Shown here: in pieces, positions 39,988 to 49,911 of the stretch | How the letters are laid out: each line of letters starts with the position of its first letter | Numbering within the stretch: the first letter of the stretch is position 1 | Origin: Bdellovibrionales bacterium RIFOXYA1_FULL_36_14 | GTDB lineage: Bacteria > Bdellovibrionota > Bacteriovoracia > Bacteriovoracales > Bacteriovoracaceae | Direction of reading: 5' to 3' | NCBI GenBank assembly: GCA_001769975.1 | Contig: MEPW01000007.1 | Span: 34,734 to 98,733 of the forward strand | DNA: 64,000 nucleotides | The notes under the pieces: generated by a model | The model's database searches: none | Told to the model about the DNA's origin: nothing | Seen by the model: the letters and a program-made list of their open reading frames with translations, nothing else | Program-made: the position numbers and the translations under genes

Positions 39988-40157
39988 CCAACTTTTTTTC
40001 TCAACTTCTCTTCATTTTTTTCTTTAAGTTTGCTCTTTAATTCACAATATTTTTTCTCCACATATTATGGTGATCAATTTATTTAATTAATTAATTAAAT
40101 GTCGCTGTCGAAAAGAGACCTATTGGAACACTTTTCACTATCTCTAGAAAATAGAAA

Positions 40158-41639
40158 ATGAAAATAATAATCTTACAATTCATCAGTTTTTTCCTGTTCT
40201 TTGCATGCTCAACGACTATTCCCCAACAAAAACTAATTTACAGAGAAGTTGCATCTGAATCGGATCACATTTCATGTCCACAATTATTAAAAGAACTCTT
40301 AAATAACAATCCCTACTACAATGAAGAAGCAGCAACAAGTTTAAAAGATGTGTATGAAGAGCTTCTATCAATAGATCCAAATTTAATATCCGGAGCAAGA
40401 GTCGCAAGTGGGCAAGAAATTGAAATGCTCGAAAAAATCCTTAAACAATTAGAAATTATAGAACAAACATACCAAGGTTTCCACACAGAGGCTCAAAAGG
40501 AATTTTGTCAAAAAGTCTTTGCCAAAACTATTGATAATCTTACTTTAGAAAATTGGATAAACAAAGTCTTGAGTTTCAAAAAAATCAAAACCCAAAAGGT
40601 AATGGAAAGCGAATTGATTGATTATTATCAAAATACTTTTAAAAAAATTGAACAATATATTCCCATTAAGCTTGGTTTAAAGATTGAAAATATTCACCCC
40701 CAAAAATTAGAAATTAATCAGAAAGCAGAAAACATCATCTCACACTTAAAAAACAACATGACTGGCTTATTTTCAACAACAGGTTTTAAAAATATGGATG
40801 AATACAGGGCAAAAGTAGCACTGTCTGATCAAAAATTAAGAAGACTAAATCAAATATTAAAAGATGAACAAGTTGAGATCGGAATAGATGTGCCCGTGGA
40901 AGTCAGGCAAAATATCACCAGAATAGGTTTTCACAATAAGCATACAACCGGAAAAAGTGAATCCTCATTTTTTGGAATAGAAGAAAGAAATAAAATAGAA
41001 TCTGTCTTATCAACTACACCAAAGTTAGACGATTACGAAACCCTTGACGATCAGATCAAACCCAAATATGGATATCTCAGACCTCATACTGATTCAAGCT
41101 TCACGCCAACACGAACTGCTTACGGATCAGATTGTTATATTTTTGATTTAGCCAAAATCAAAAAAAGACTAACATGGACACCAGGGGACTCAGCCAATAG
41201 ATATGTCGAATATACATTTAGACATGGTGAATATACCAGAAACGGAAATAAAAGAAATGAACCTATTATGTGGGATCAGTTTTTCATTCCTTGGGACCAT
41301 CGAGAACTTATTTCTTCGCTCTTATTTACCAATTTTATTGAAAAGAAATTCTATTTTGAAAGAGAAAATTTTCTGTACAACTCTAATATTGCATCTAACC
41401 AAGCTGTATTAAAATTATCTTATGATTATCCTGAGGCAGATTATGTCGAAGTACAAATATGGGGCAAGATTAATCTTGACGACGTTACCAAATTCATCTT
41501 TAAACACGAGGAGCCAGATGGAGCATTTTTAGAAGAGCTAGTTAAAAGAAATATCAAGATCTATGATGGTCGTGATAAGGATGCTCCTTTGAAAGAATGG
41601 GTTCCTGTAAAAAAATTTAAAAAGCAAGTCAATACCTAA
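40158..41639 (+). CDS. Hypothetical lipoprotein
   Basis: MKIIILQFISFFLFFAC lipobox. 493 aa. Helical N-terminal half and an unassigned globular C-terminal half. Confidence 0.55.
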   Translation: MKIIILQFISFFLFFACSTTIPQQKLIYREVASESDHISCPQLLKELLNNNPYYNEEAATSLKDVYEELLSIDPNLISGARVASGQEIEMLEKILKQLEIIEQTYQGFHTEAQKEFCQKVFAKTIDNLTLENWINKVLSFKKIKTQKVMESELIDYYQNTFKKIEQYIPIKLGLKIENIHPQKLEINQKAENIISHLKNNMTGLFSTTGFKNMDEYRAKVALSDQKLRRLNQILKDEQVEIGIDVPVEVRQNITRIGFHNKHTTGKSESSFFGIEERNKIESVLSTTPKLDDYETLDDQIKPKYGYLRPHTDSSFTPTRTAYGSDCYIFDLAKIKKRLTWTPGDSANRYVEYTFRHGEYTRNGNKRNEPIMWDQFFIPWDHRELISSLLFTNFIEKKFYFERENFLYNSNIASNQAVLKLSYDYPEADYVEVQIWGKINLDDVTKFIFKHEEPDGAFLEELVKRNIKIYDGRDKDAPLKEWVPVKKFKKQVNT

Positions 41640-41871
41640 GCAAAATGATCAGGCAAAATGCTCGAGTAATAATTACTTTGGCTAAATTACTCCATTATAT
41701 AATCTTTTCCTTGCTCTTTATTCTCATTATTTCAAACCATCCTTCCGACAATGTTAAGACGGTGTTAGTGCTTTAACGGACTTTTTTACCCCCTTAGGCC
41801 ATTGAACCAATTTAGGGTAAAATGTTATGAAGAGAAGGCCCCGTATAGGATATATAAAATGGAGGAACCCC

Positions 41872-42240
41872 ATGGAGAAGGCCAAAATTGAAAAATACAA
41901 AAAAATGCTACTTACTCTCAAAACTCAAATTTTAAGTGGAGGAGTATTAAAGATAGCGAGCGACCTCCATATATCTCCAGAGGACTTGTCTGAAGAGGGC
42001 GATTTAGCAAACCATGTTATTCACCAAGAAATTTCCTTCAACATTAAAAATCGTGAACTCAAAAAGCTTAGGGAGATCGAAGAGGCATTAGACCGCATCG
42101 AAAGCAATTGTTTTGGCGAGTGTGATGACTGTGGTGAAGAAATCTCAGAAAAGAGATTAAACACCCAACCTTGGACTACTCTTTGCATTCATCATGCTGA
42201 AGAACGAGAGCGTGAAACTTTTGTCAAAAAATTAGCCTAA
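41872..42240 (+). CDS. DksA/TraR-family C4 zinc-finger regulator
   Basis: Coiled-coil N-terminus and CDDCGEEI...CIHH zinc finger. Start at ATG 41872, with GGAGG 5 nt upstream. Confidence 0.8.
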   Translation: MEKAKIEKYKKMLLTLKTQILSGGVLKIASDLHISPEDLSEEGDLANHVIHQEISFNIKNRELKKLREIEEALDRIESNCFGECDDCGEEISEKRLNTQPWTTLCIHHAEERERETFVKKLA

Positions 42241-42244
42241 CCTA

Positions 42245-42451
42245 TTATAAAATATCTGGCTGGGTAACCGTATATCTTTTTAAATCGTTCGTCTTTTCAA
42301 GCAAATAATTGACTTCATTTTGAAGTATTCCATAAGTAACTTTCTCTGGATTTCTTTGAACGCTGGAAAATTCTCTTCTGTGGGTATGCTGACAAGAAAG
42401 CAGTGTCCCCAATACCAATCCTAACATTAGGAATTTTAGTATGTTTTTCAT
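42245..42451 (-). CDS. Small hypothetical lipoprotein
   Basis: 68 aa, with lipobox MKNILKFLMLGLVLGTLLSC. GGAGGAG upstream of the ATG. Confidence 0.5.
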   Translation of the reverse strand: MKNILKFLMLGLVLGTLLSCQHTHRREFSSVQRNPEKVTYGILQNEVNYLLEKTNDLKRYTVTQPDIL

Positions 42452-42739
42452 ATCTCCTCCTGAGATTTAAGGTCCTTTTTAGACCACTTCAAACACACTC
42501 ACTAACAAGCAAAATCCTTACCAAAATTTTCTATGAGTTATCAGCTTATTATAAGCACATTAGGATTTGAGAAATTATTTAGACACCATTATGAGACAAC
42601 AAAGAGCCTATTTTATAAATTTAGTTTATGTAAAAATTATTTACACATGTTTTTGTCTAATAAATAGACAATTTCTATAATAACCTACACTTTTACCCTC
42701 TAAATTCTGTTTAACCCCCTGTTTTCTATCAAGGATAAT

Positions 42740-42755
42740 TGGCAAAAAGATTGCT
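42740..42755 (+). promoter_or_regulatory. Candidate sigma-54 (-24/-12) promoter upstream of the S8 protease gene
   Basis: TGGCAAAAAGATTGCT compared with the consensus TGGCAC-N5-TTGCW. The GG and GC dinucleotides have the exact consensus spacing. About 60 nt upstream of ATG 42815. Confidence 0.4.
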
Positions 42756-42768
42756 CATTAATTAGAAG

Positions 42769-42785
42769 CAGGAACAGTGTTCCTG
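42769..42785. promoter_or_regulatory. Perfect 8-1-8 inverted repeat between the candidate promoter and the S8 protease start
   Basis: caggaaca-g-tgttcctg. Either an operator or a 5'-UTR hairpin. Confidence 0.35.
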
Positions 42786-42814
42786 TGTTATTAACAATTT
42801 AAAAAAGAAAGAAA

Positions 42815-43933
42815 ATGAGAAACCAACAACACCCAATGAGCTTTCTATTTAAATGTTTCATGATCACTTGGATGTTTACTTCCCTGAGTATACAAGCCAA
42901 GCCGACTAACACCAGCGACTCTCCTTTTGATTTACTCGACTTAAACTCCTCGTATGCTAGCTGGGGTATCTCACCCACCAATAAAAAATCTTCCATAAAC
43001 CTTCAAGAAGCTTGGCAAATATTAAATACACCTAAAAAGAAAATAGTTGTGGCGGTTATTGACACCGGTATAGATCCTAACCATCCTTTTTTCTCCAAAA
43101 GTTTATACTTGATGGATAGAAAAATAACCAGCAGTGAATATGGTATTGATTTTTCTAAAAATAGTAAAAATAAATATACTCCCTTTGATTATCATGGACA
43201 CGGAACTCATGTGGCAGGAATTATCAGAAGCGTTGATCCATCAGTGCAATTATTAATTCTAAAATATTACAATCCCGAAGCTACAGGAAAAGACAATCTC
43301 AACTCCACCATAGATGCACTAAAATATGCTGTTGATAATAACGTGGACATTATCAACTATTCAGGTGGTGGACCAGAACCGGCTTTAGAAGAACTAAGAA
43401 TTTTAAAGGAAGCTGAAAGAAAAGGTATTCTGATTGTGGCAGCTGCAGGAAACGAAGAGTCCAATATTGATCAGAAGAAAAGTGCTTACTACCCAGCTAG
43501 CTATGGGTTATCGAATATCATAACTGTATCAGCTTATGATATGCAGCTTAGTATGCTGGCGGTATCAAATTATGGCAAATACTCAGTTGATATCTTTGCT
43601 CCTGGACACCGGATCAAATCATCTTATCCTAACGGACGCTCTGGAATTTTAACCGGTACTAGTCAAGCTACCGCTTTCGTAACCGGTGTTGCTTCTCTGG
43701 TAAAATCCCAGTACCCCGCTTTCGATGGACCAACTATCAAGAAAATAATCACAGCTTCCGCAACAGAAGAAGTGAATTTCTTCAATAAATGCAAATCAAA
43801 TGGAAGACTTAATGCTCACAATGCACTTAAAATGGCGAAGTCTTATGAAAACTTAAAAATCACGCCCCAACGAGAACTTGCCAATAAAAAAATCGGTCAT
43901 ATCCAATACCGGTTGAATAGAAAGGCCCAATAA
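42815..43933 (+). CDS. Secreted subtilisin-family (S8) serine protease
   Basis: Signal peptide and the catalytic triad contexts VAVIDTGID (Asp), HGTHVAG (His) and GTSQATAFVTG (Ser). Confidence 0.88.
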   Translation: MRNQQHPMSFLFKCFMITWMFTSLSIQAKPTNTSDSPFDLLDLNSSYASWGISPTNKKSSINLQEAWQILNTPKKKIVVAVIDTGIDPNHPFFSKSLYLMDRKITSSEYGIDFSKNSKNKYTPFDYHGHGTHVAGIIRSVDPSVQLLILKYYNPEATGKDNLNSTIDALKYAVDNNVDIINYSGGGPEPALEELRILKEAERKGILIVAAAGNEESNIDQKKSAYYPASYGLSNIITVSAYDMQLSMLAVSNYGKYSVDIFAPGHRIKSSYPNGRSGILTGTSQATAFVTGVASLVKSQYPAFDGPTIKKIITASATEEVNFFNKCKSNGRLNAHNALKMAKSYENLKITPQRELANKKIGHIQYRLNRKAQ

Positions 43934-43955
43934 TCTCTTGTTTAATAAAAAAGAT

Positions 43956-44621
43956 CTACGGATATACTACAAAATAAGAAAACATTTTGAGTCCCACTGA
44001 AATCACAATTAAATTTAAAAGCATTATTAACATGAAATAACCAACCCTAATAGTTCCCCAAATTTTAAGGGTCATAATCTGCTTCAATTTGCCTTGTTGG
44101 TTTTCTCGGTGCTCTATCCAGGAGGTTATCTTTGATACGTAAACTGAATTATCTGCAATAGTCTCCTTATCTGACGACATGACTTTATCTTTTATTTTTT
44201 GACTTAAGTATTTCTTAAGTCCTAGCTTTTCAAACTCTGCCACTAAATGGGTAAGTTCCAAGTAAAAATATTTCCGATTTGCTTCAACTGGATCAATATG
44301 GTCAAAGAAATATTGAAGAAGGTTATCCAAACGCCTTTTTATTGCTAATTCATATTTAAGATACCTAGAATACTTTTTATCAACAATGAAATAAACCAAT
44401 TTTCTAAGGGATCCCATACGATAGAAGTTTTCCTGGATATCATAAAAACACATATGTCCAAAAGGTTTGCCAATAAAATTAAAATTCAATTGGAAACCAC
44501 AGGCTTCGCACTCTTTATCAGTTAGATAAACACTCTGACATCTGGGACATTTTTTGATTTCTTTGACATTTTCAAAGTGTGGTAAGTCACCTTGAATCTT
44601 AACTTCCATGTTTTCATTCAT
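43956..44621 (-). CDS. Hypothetical zinc-ribbon membrane protein
   Basis: N-terminal CPRCQ...CEACG ribbon and a C-terminal TM helix (FMLIMLLNLIVISVGL). Confidence 0.5.
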   Translation of the reverse strand: MNENMEVKIQGDLPHFENVKEIKKCPRCQSVYLTDKECEACGFQLNFNFIGKPFGHMCFYDIQENFYRMGSLRKLVYFIVDKKYSRYLKYELAIKRRLDNLLQYFFDHIDPVEANRKYFYLELTHLVAEFEKLGLKKYLSQKIKDKVMSSDKETIADNSVYVSKITSWIEHRENQQGKLKQIMTLKIWGTIRVGYFMLIMLLNLIVISVGLKMFSYFVVYP

Positions 44622-44738
44622 GCCTAAATCCTTTTATTCATACCCTCTTAGTTATGATACCCAAAGGTTTTGGATGTTGGCAATTACCTGGTAAAGAATT
44701 AGAATATCTTTTTAATCACTTAAAGCATCCGAGAAAAT

Positions 44739-46358
44739 ATGTCAGGATTGTTTATTAAAAAGAATATTGCTTTTGTTTTCAGTTACCTGGGAGGAATTTT
44801 GTACGCCCTGGGATTTCCGATTGAATTCATGCCATCATTTTTTCTAGCACCCATGATAGGCGTAACTTTTTTTTTCGCATCAATATTTAAGGAAAACTCA
44901 AAAAAAATAAAATTTACACATTTCCTCCTTTTTTCTCTGGGAGCTTATACCCTTGGTTATTACTGGATTCCATACACCATAGAAGAATTTGGAAATATCA
45001 ATTTTCCGTTTAACCAAATGCTTGGCGCTTTGTTTTCTCTCATAATATTTCCCCATTTTTTTATTTTGATTTTTATTTCAAATTTACTTAAAAAGATAAC
45101 TACTCTAAAAATATTTTCAAAAATTGCCTACCCTCTCATTGCCTTGATTATCACGCTTTTGGAGCATTTAACCCCCTCTCAATTTCCCACCTATTTGGCC
45201 CATCCTTTCGGATATCTTGCTCCCCATCTCTCCTTGGCACCAGTTTTTGGAACAATCATTTTTTCCTTTATGAGTTTTTGGTTAATTCTGACTCTAACGC
45301 TTAAACCTGTGCATATAAAAAATATAATCATCTCCGCCAGTGCTTTTTGTTTATTTATCTTTTGCAATTTTATACACCCTCTGTCTTCCCTAAGTGCTCC
45401 TGATAATGAGAACAAGCAACTTTCCATCCGAATGGTTCAAGCGAATATTGGAAATTTTTTAAAACTAACTTCAGAAGAAGGTGATGCCAATTCAGTTTAT
45501 GAAGTACTTGCCAGATATAAGAACATGAGTACTGACCCAACAATTAGTCCAGACCTTATTATCTGGCCGGAAACTGCCTATCCTAGAACGCTCTACTCTA
45601 AATTTTTACAAAATAATAACTCAGAAATTCCTAATCTTTTTAAGGAGATCATGCAATTTCAAAATGCCGACCTCTTCATAGGCGGCTACGACTACGACAA
45701 ACTGGATAACACTTCTACTTTTGAAGCGGAATACAACGCGGCTTTTCTATTTAAATCTTCCAATCAAAGTCTACCCGTCTACGACAAGGTATACCATAAA
45801 ATAATTTTACTCGCCTTTGGAGAGACTCTTCCATTTGGAATTTTCAATAAATATCTAGGTAGATATATCCAAAATATTTCGTACTTCAAAAAAGGCAGTC
45901 AATTTACGCTGTTTGAAACTAAGAAAAATTCTTTGTTTATTTCATCGATATGTTATGAAATTCTTCAACCTTCGTTTATCCGAAAATATTTAAATACTGT
46001 GGAAAAGGAACCTCACTTTATCATTAATTTAACCAACGACTCATGGTACGGAATTTCCAGCGAACCTTATCAACATCTCTTTCTCTCCAAATGGCGGGCC
46101 TATGAGTTTAAAATACCAATTATTCGTATGACCAATACAGGTATCTCTTCCATCATTTTCCCTGACGGAAGTGAATCCAAAAGATCAAAACTTTCTAGCG
46201 TAGAAAATCTCGACTTAACATTTACTTTCACGGATAGAGCACCGACTATTTATCAACAATATGGTTATGTACCTTTTTTCATTTTTTGGTTATTGATTTG
46301 TGCCTTTACGTTGCTGTTAAATTATCGCAAAGAAAAACCTTCGCTCAGTAAATCGTGA
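44739..46358 (+). CDS. lnt: Apolipoprotein N-acyltransferase
   Basis: Multi-TM N-terminal half plus a C-terminal nitrilase/CN-hydrolase domain (WPE..., ICYE Cys context). 539 aa. Confidence 0.8.
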   Translation: MSGLFIKKNIAFVFSYLGGILYALGFPIEFMPSFFLAPMIGVTFFFASIFKENSKKIKFTHFLLFSLGAYTLGYYWIPYTIEEFGNINFPFNQMLGALFSLIIFPHFFILIFISNLLKKITTLKIFSKIAYPLIALIITLLEHLTPSQFPTYLAHPFGYLAPHLSLAPVFGTIIFSFMSFWLILTLTLKPVHIKNIIISASAFCLFIFCNFIHPLSSLSAPDNENKQLSIRMVQANIGNFLKLTSEEGDANSVYEVLARYKNMSTDPTISPDLIIWPETAYPRTLYSKFLQNNNSEIPNLFKEIMQFQNADLFIGGYDYDKLDNTSTFEAEYNAAFLFKSSNQSLPVYDKVYHKIILLAFGETLPFGIFNKYLGRYIQNISYFKKGSQFTLFETKKNSLFISSICYEILQPSFIRKYLNTVEKEPHFIINLTNDSWYGISSEPYQHLFLSKWRAYEFKIPIIRMTNTGISSIIFPDGSESKRSKLSSVENLDLTFTFTDRAPTIYQQYGYVPFFIFWLLICAFTLLLNYRKEKPSLSKS

Positions 46359-47308
46359 AGTCTTAAAAAGCCCATAAACACACCGTTGGGGTCAATGATA
46401 GGCAGAACATTTAAGGGCTTGGGACGATTTTCCATCAAAACTAATGCATCCATGGCCAGATCTTCAGGATAACCAATTATAGGGGAAGGATTCATAACTT
46501 CACTCAAAGCTATATTTATGTTGGTTTCAACTTTGGTAAAGGCCCTGCGAATATCACCCTCTACCACAATACCTTTTAAAATACCCATATCATCAATGAT
46601 CGCGCACGCACCTACCGGATATCTAGTCATTTCCAAAATAGCCTCTCTAAAGCTACTGGATTCCATTAAAGTGGGGCACTCTTCTTTTTTACGCATCAAA
46701 CTCACCACTTTCATCAACATACTTTTACCTAAAACTCCTGCGGGATGATTAATCGCAAAACCTTCCTTATTGATACCAGCAATTGATTCATATAAAACTG
46801 CCATGGCATCCCCCATGGCCAGTGCTACTGTGGAACTAGTGGTAGGAGCTTGGTTGTTAATACATGCCTCTTTATCTACACCGCAATCTAAAACTATTCC
46901 GCATTCACTGCCAATGGCCGATAAAGTATTTCCTAAAAGTCCAATTTTTTGCTCTCGTGGAATAGATAAAAAGGGCAATAATTTTAAAATCTCTTCGGTG
47001 GCTCCCGATTTACTAATAAAAACCATGCAGTCATTACTTCTAAGTCTTCCGAGATCACCATGTAGCGCTTCGACTGGGTGAAGAAAAAATGATGGTAGAC
47101 CTAGCGATGAAAAGGTCGAGGCGAGCTTTTGACCAATCATTCCCGACTTTCCCACTCCACAAAAGACCAATTGCCCCCCCATTCTTTGAATCATATTAAA
47201 TAAATCCGTGAGTTTTTGCACCAACTCTTGGCTTAATCTTTCTTTGGCAGATACAATGGCCATTGCCTCAAGTTCCAAAACCTTTTTCATTGTCAGTAGA
47301 TTATCCAT
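46322..47308 (-). CDS. kdsD: Arabinose-5-phosphate isomerase (SIS domain plus CBS pair)
   Basis: GVGKSGMIGQKLASTFSSLG and HPVEALHGDLG (SIS), with two C-terminal CBS modules. Start set at ATG 47308. Whether it is the KdsD, KpsF or GutQ paralogue is not resolved. Confidence 0.8.
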   Translation of the reverse strand: MDNLLTMKKVLELEAMAIVSAKERLSQELVQKLTDLFNMIQRMGGQLVFCGVGKSGMIGQKLASTFSSLGLPSFFLHPVEALHGDLGRLRSNDCMVFISKSGATEEILKLLPFLSIPREQKIGLLGNTLSAIGSECGIVLDCGVDKEACINNQAPTTSSTVALAMGDAMAVLYESIAGINKEGFAINHPAGVLGKSMLMKVVSLMRKKEECPTLMESSSFREAILEMTRYPVGACAIIDDMGILKGIVVEGDIRRAFTKVETNINIALSEVMNPSPIIGYPEDLAMDALVLMENRPKPLNVLPIIDPNGVFMGFLRLHDLLSEGFSLR

Positions 47309-47426
47309 ACTTTCACCATGCTTTTTATAAACCAACCCAGAGTATTGTAACTTATCTAAAATGACACTATCAATCTTTGCTTTATAATTTTTACAAATAT
47401 GTTAAAATAGGGACAGGAGAACACTT

Positions 47427-47954
47427 TTGACAAATAATATTCTAAGAAAATCGTTCCTATTTTTATTAATATATCTTGTATCTTGCACTTCTTACGAGCA
47501 ATTCAAATACATAACTGACGAATTCGAAATTCCATCACAAGTTTATAACGCAACCTATGCCCAAACCTGGCAAGCCGTTATACAATTTGCCAAGAAATAT
47601 GACCTTGCTGTGCAAAATCAGGAAGCAGGTATTATCAAAACTAGAGACATAGATAATACGCTTGAACTGAATTTCACCGATTCCTTTGGCTCTAAAGATT
47701 CCGTAAAATCGGCTAAATTTAAAGTTATAATCAATGTCGTTAAAGGCTATCGAGGAAATAAAGAAATCACCAAAGTCACAATTTTTAAAAGACAGATGGT
47801 GGAACAAGATTTTTTACAAGGATACAAAGTTATTGCCAGCGATGGGATCTTTGAAAAGGTGGCCCTTTACCGCATAGGTAAAATTTTAAGCGTTGATAAT
47901 AAAATCCAAAATATTGAAAAGGTTAAACAAGAAGAGGATGCCAAAAAGTTCTAG
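47427..47954 (+). CDS. Hypothetical lipoprotein
   Basis: TTG start with AGGAGA 7 nt upstream. Lipobox FLFLLIYLVSC. 175 aa. Confidence 0.5.
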   Translation: MTNNILRKSFLFLLIYLVSCTSYEQFKYITDEFEIPSQVYNATYAQTWQAVIQFAKKYDLAVQNQEAGIIKTRDIDNTLELNFTDSFGSKDSVKSAKFKVIINVVKGYRGNKEITKVTIFKRQMVEQDFLQGYKVIASDGIFEKVALYRIGKILSVDNKIQNIEKVKQEEDAKKF

Positions 47955-47955
47955 C

Positions 47956-48735
47956 TCAAATTTTGGTTTCAGCTAAACTCATTCGTTTCCAAAATTGTCG
48001 TTTATTTACCTTCTCCCCTTTAGGTGAGGATTTTCCGGTTAATTGCCCTAATGAATAATCCATTTCTTCAAAAATATCTTCATATTTTTTATCATTAATC
48101 ATTACGAAAAGTGGCTTTTTGGCTTCTAGTAATTTTAAATCACCAACAGTTTTAATGACATTTTTTATAATGTTTGTTCTCTTGTAGACGTTTTTAACAT
48201 TATAATAATTTTGCTGATCATAGAGCATTGCCCAAACTCTTGACCCATAAGGTTTTAATTTAAGACTTTTGATATTTTCCAGCGCTTGAATTCTAACCAA
48301 CAACGAACTATCCCCCAAGGCGTCTGCATAGACTGGACCATAGTCGCTTAGTTTTAGGGCCAATAATGTCTTTAAGCTTGCCATTCGCAATACCCAGCTA
48401 GGGTGTTTACTAAACTTAGCAATAAATGGGGCAGCTTGCTTGCCCACAATCCTGCCCAATAAAAAAGTGGCAATCCAGCGATTTTTATCAGGATATTCAG
48501 AACTTTTCATAACGTTAACTAGCACCGGAACAGATTTCCCAGCAAGCTTCAAGGTTCTCTCTTTAAGCGCAAAAAGATCTTTGTGATTGAGTTCTTTTTT
48601 ATAGGTATCATTCAAGGCGGAAAGTACTGGTTCTTTTTTAAAATCCATCAAGTTATTTGACTTTTTAATATTCGCATAAGCACTTACGTTTAATACCAAA
48701 CCCAAGGCAACAATCATACATAGCTTAAATTTCAT
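47956..48735 (-). CDS. Secreted HEAT/armadillo-like repeat protein
   Basis: Signal peptide plus repeated helical units (...NRWIATFLLGRI..., ...SWVLRMASLKTL..., ...LLVRIQALENI...). Confidence 0.55.
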   Translation of the reverse strand: MKFKLCMIVALGLVLNVSAYANIKKSNNLMDFKKEPVLSALNDTYKKELNHKDLFALKERTLKLAGKSVPVLVNVMKSSEYPDKNRWIATFLLGRIVGKQAAPFIAKFSKHPSWVLRMASLKTLLALKLSDYGPVYADALGDSSLLVRIQALENIKSLKLKPYGSRVWAMLYDQQNYYNVKNVYKRTNIIKNVIKTVGDLKLLEAKKPLFVMINDKKYEDIFEEMDYSLGQLTGKSSPKGEKVNKRQFWKRMSLAETKI

Positions 48736-48749
48736 ATTAACCTCAAAAA

Positions 48750-49727
48750 CTAACCAAGCATTTTTTCAAATTCACTAAGCAGCTCTTCAGCTGATTTTTG
48801 ATCTTCTGCCATTTTTCCGGAATCAGCAGCTTCTGTAGTAACCCCTTCCTCAGCTGGTTCAGGTTCAGCACTAGCAGCTGCTTTCGGCTCAGGTTCTGCA
48901 ATATCTTCTGGCATTTGAGCAGCTGTTTCAGGTTCAGGCTCGGACTCAAGTTCTGGTTCTGGCTCTGGCTCTGGTTCGGCTTCAGAAGTAGCAGCTGCTT
49001 CTGCTAAAATTGGAGTAGCTGCTGCTGCACCTGTACCCTTTAGTGCTTCTAAAGATTTTCTTAATTGCTCATTTTCTTGTTGAAGTCTCTTTAGATTCGC
49101 CAAATCTTCTTCAATTATTTCATATTCCATCAGCCTTTCTTTTAACTCATCTCTCTCGGCGGTTATTACATTCAATTTGCTCTGCATTTCATCACTTGAA
49201 GCATTTTTAGCGCCAAGCTCTTTAGCTTCTTGAGCTTTTTTATCCGCTTCTACCAATTGTTTTTTCAACTCAACGATTTCTTCTTGAAGTTTTTTAATTT
49301 CTTTGGCACTAGCGTTGGGATCACCAGCACTTCTAAGCTGTGTCTCAAGATCCTGAATGATTCCATTTTTTTCACTTAGTTGCTGCTTTAATCGATTGAT
49401 CTCAGCATTTTTTTGATTCAACTCTTCTTCTGAAATTCCGGTTGTCACCGTCGTTCTTTTTAGGTTTTCCACCGGAAGGACTGAGGGAATACCTTGGCCT
49501 AATTCGAGTCCGCCCCCTCTAAATAGAGAGGATTTAAGCGCAGTAGAATTTTGGATGATGGAATCCAAATAATTTTTTACGACACTGGCAGGAATTTGAT
49601 GTGATAATTCATGAAATTTTTTTCTATTGTATAGCCAGTAAATTATTATAATACCTAAAACAAGGATCAACAGTCCGATAATAATAATCATCGCTTCCTG
49701 CCCAAAATCGGTTAAAACAAGTTTCAT
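48750..49727 (-). CDS. Membrane-anchored coiled-coil protein with acidic Ala/Glu/Pro-rich tail
   Basis: One N-terminal TM helix (AMIIIIGLLILVLGIIIIYWLY), a coiled coil of about 150 aa, then EPEPEPEPELESEPEPE low complexity. Start set at MKLVL (49727). Confidence 0.6.
   Translation of the reverse strand: MKLVLTDFGQEAMIIIIGLLILVLGIIIIYWLYNRKKFHELSHQIPASVVKNYLDSIIQNSTALKSSLFRGGGLELGQGIPSVLPVENLKRTTVTTGISEEELNQKNAEINRLKQQLSEKNGIIQDLETQLRSAGDPNASAKEIKKLQEEIVELKKQLVEADKKAQEAKELGAKNASSDEMQSKLNVITAERDELKERLMEYEIIEEDLANLKRLQQENEQLRKSLEALKGTGAAAATPILAEAAATSEAEPEPEPEPELESEPEPETAAQMPEDIAEPEPKAAASAEPEPAEEGVTTEAADSGKMAEDQKSAEELLSEFEKMLG
48925..48990. repeat. Imperfect hexanucleotide (GGYTCW-like) coding repeat giving (Glu-Pro)n
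   Basis: ggttcaggctcggactcaagttctggttctggctctggctctggttcggcttc encodes AEPEPEPEPELESEPEPE on the minus strand. Confidence 0.7.
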
Positions 49728-49911
49728 CGATTCCACTAAAATCCCTCCATGGAAAAGGTACAGAAAATTGTGAGCCAATTAAGATCACTCACATTCGGTC
49801 TTGGCGATCAACACGCTACACTAAATATTATACCCAATTTACCAGGAAATACCCAAATTATTTTGATTTAAGTGGATAAAACCAGACTAGTTTGGTCAAT
49901 CTTAATCGAAC

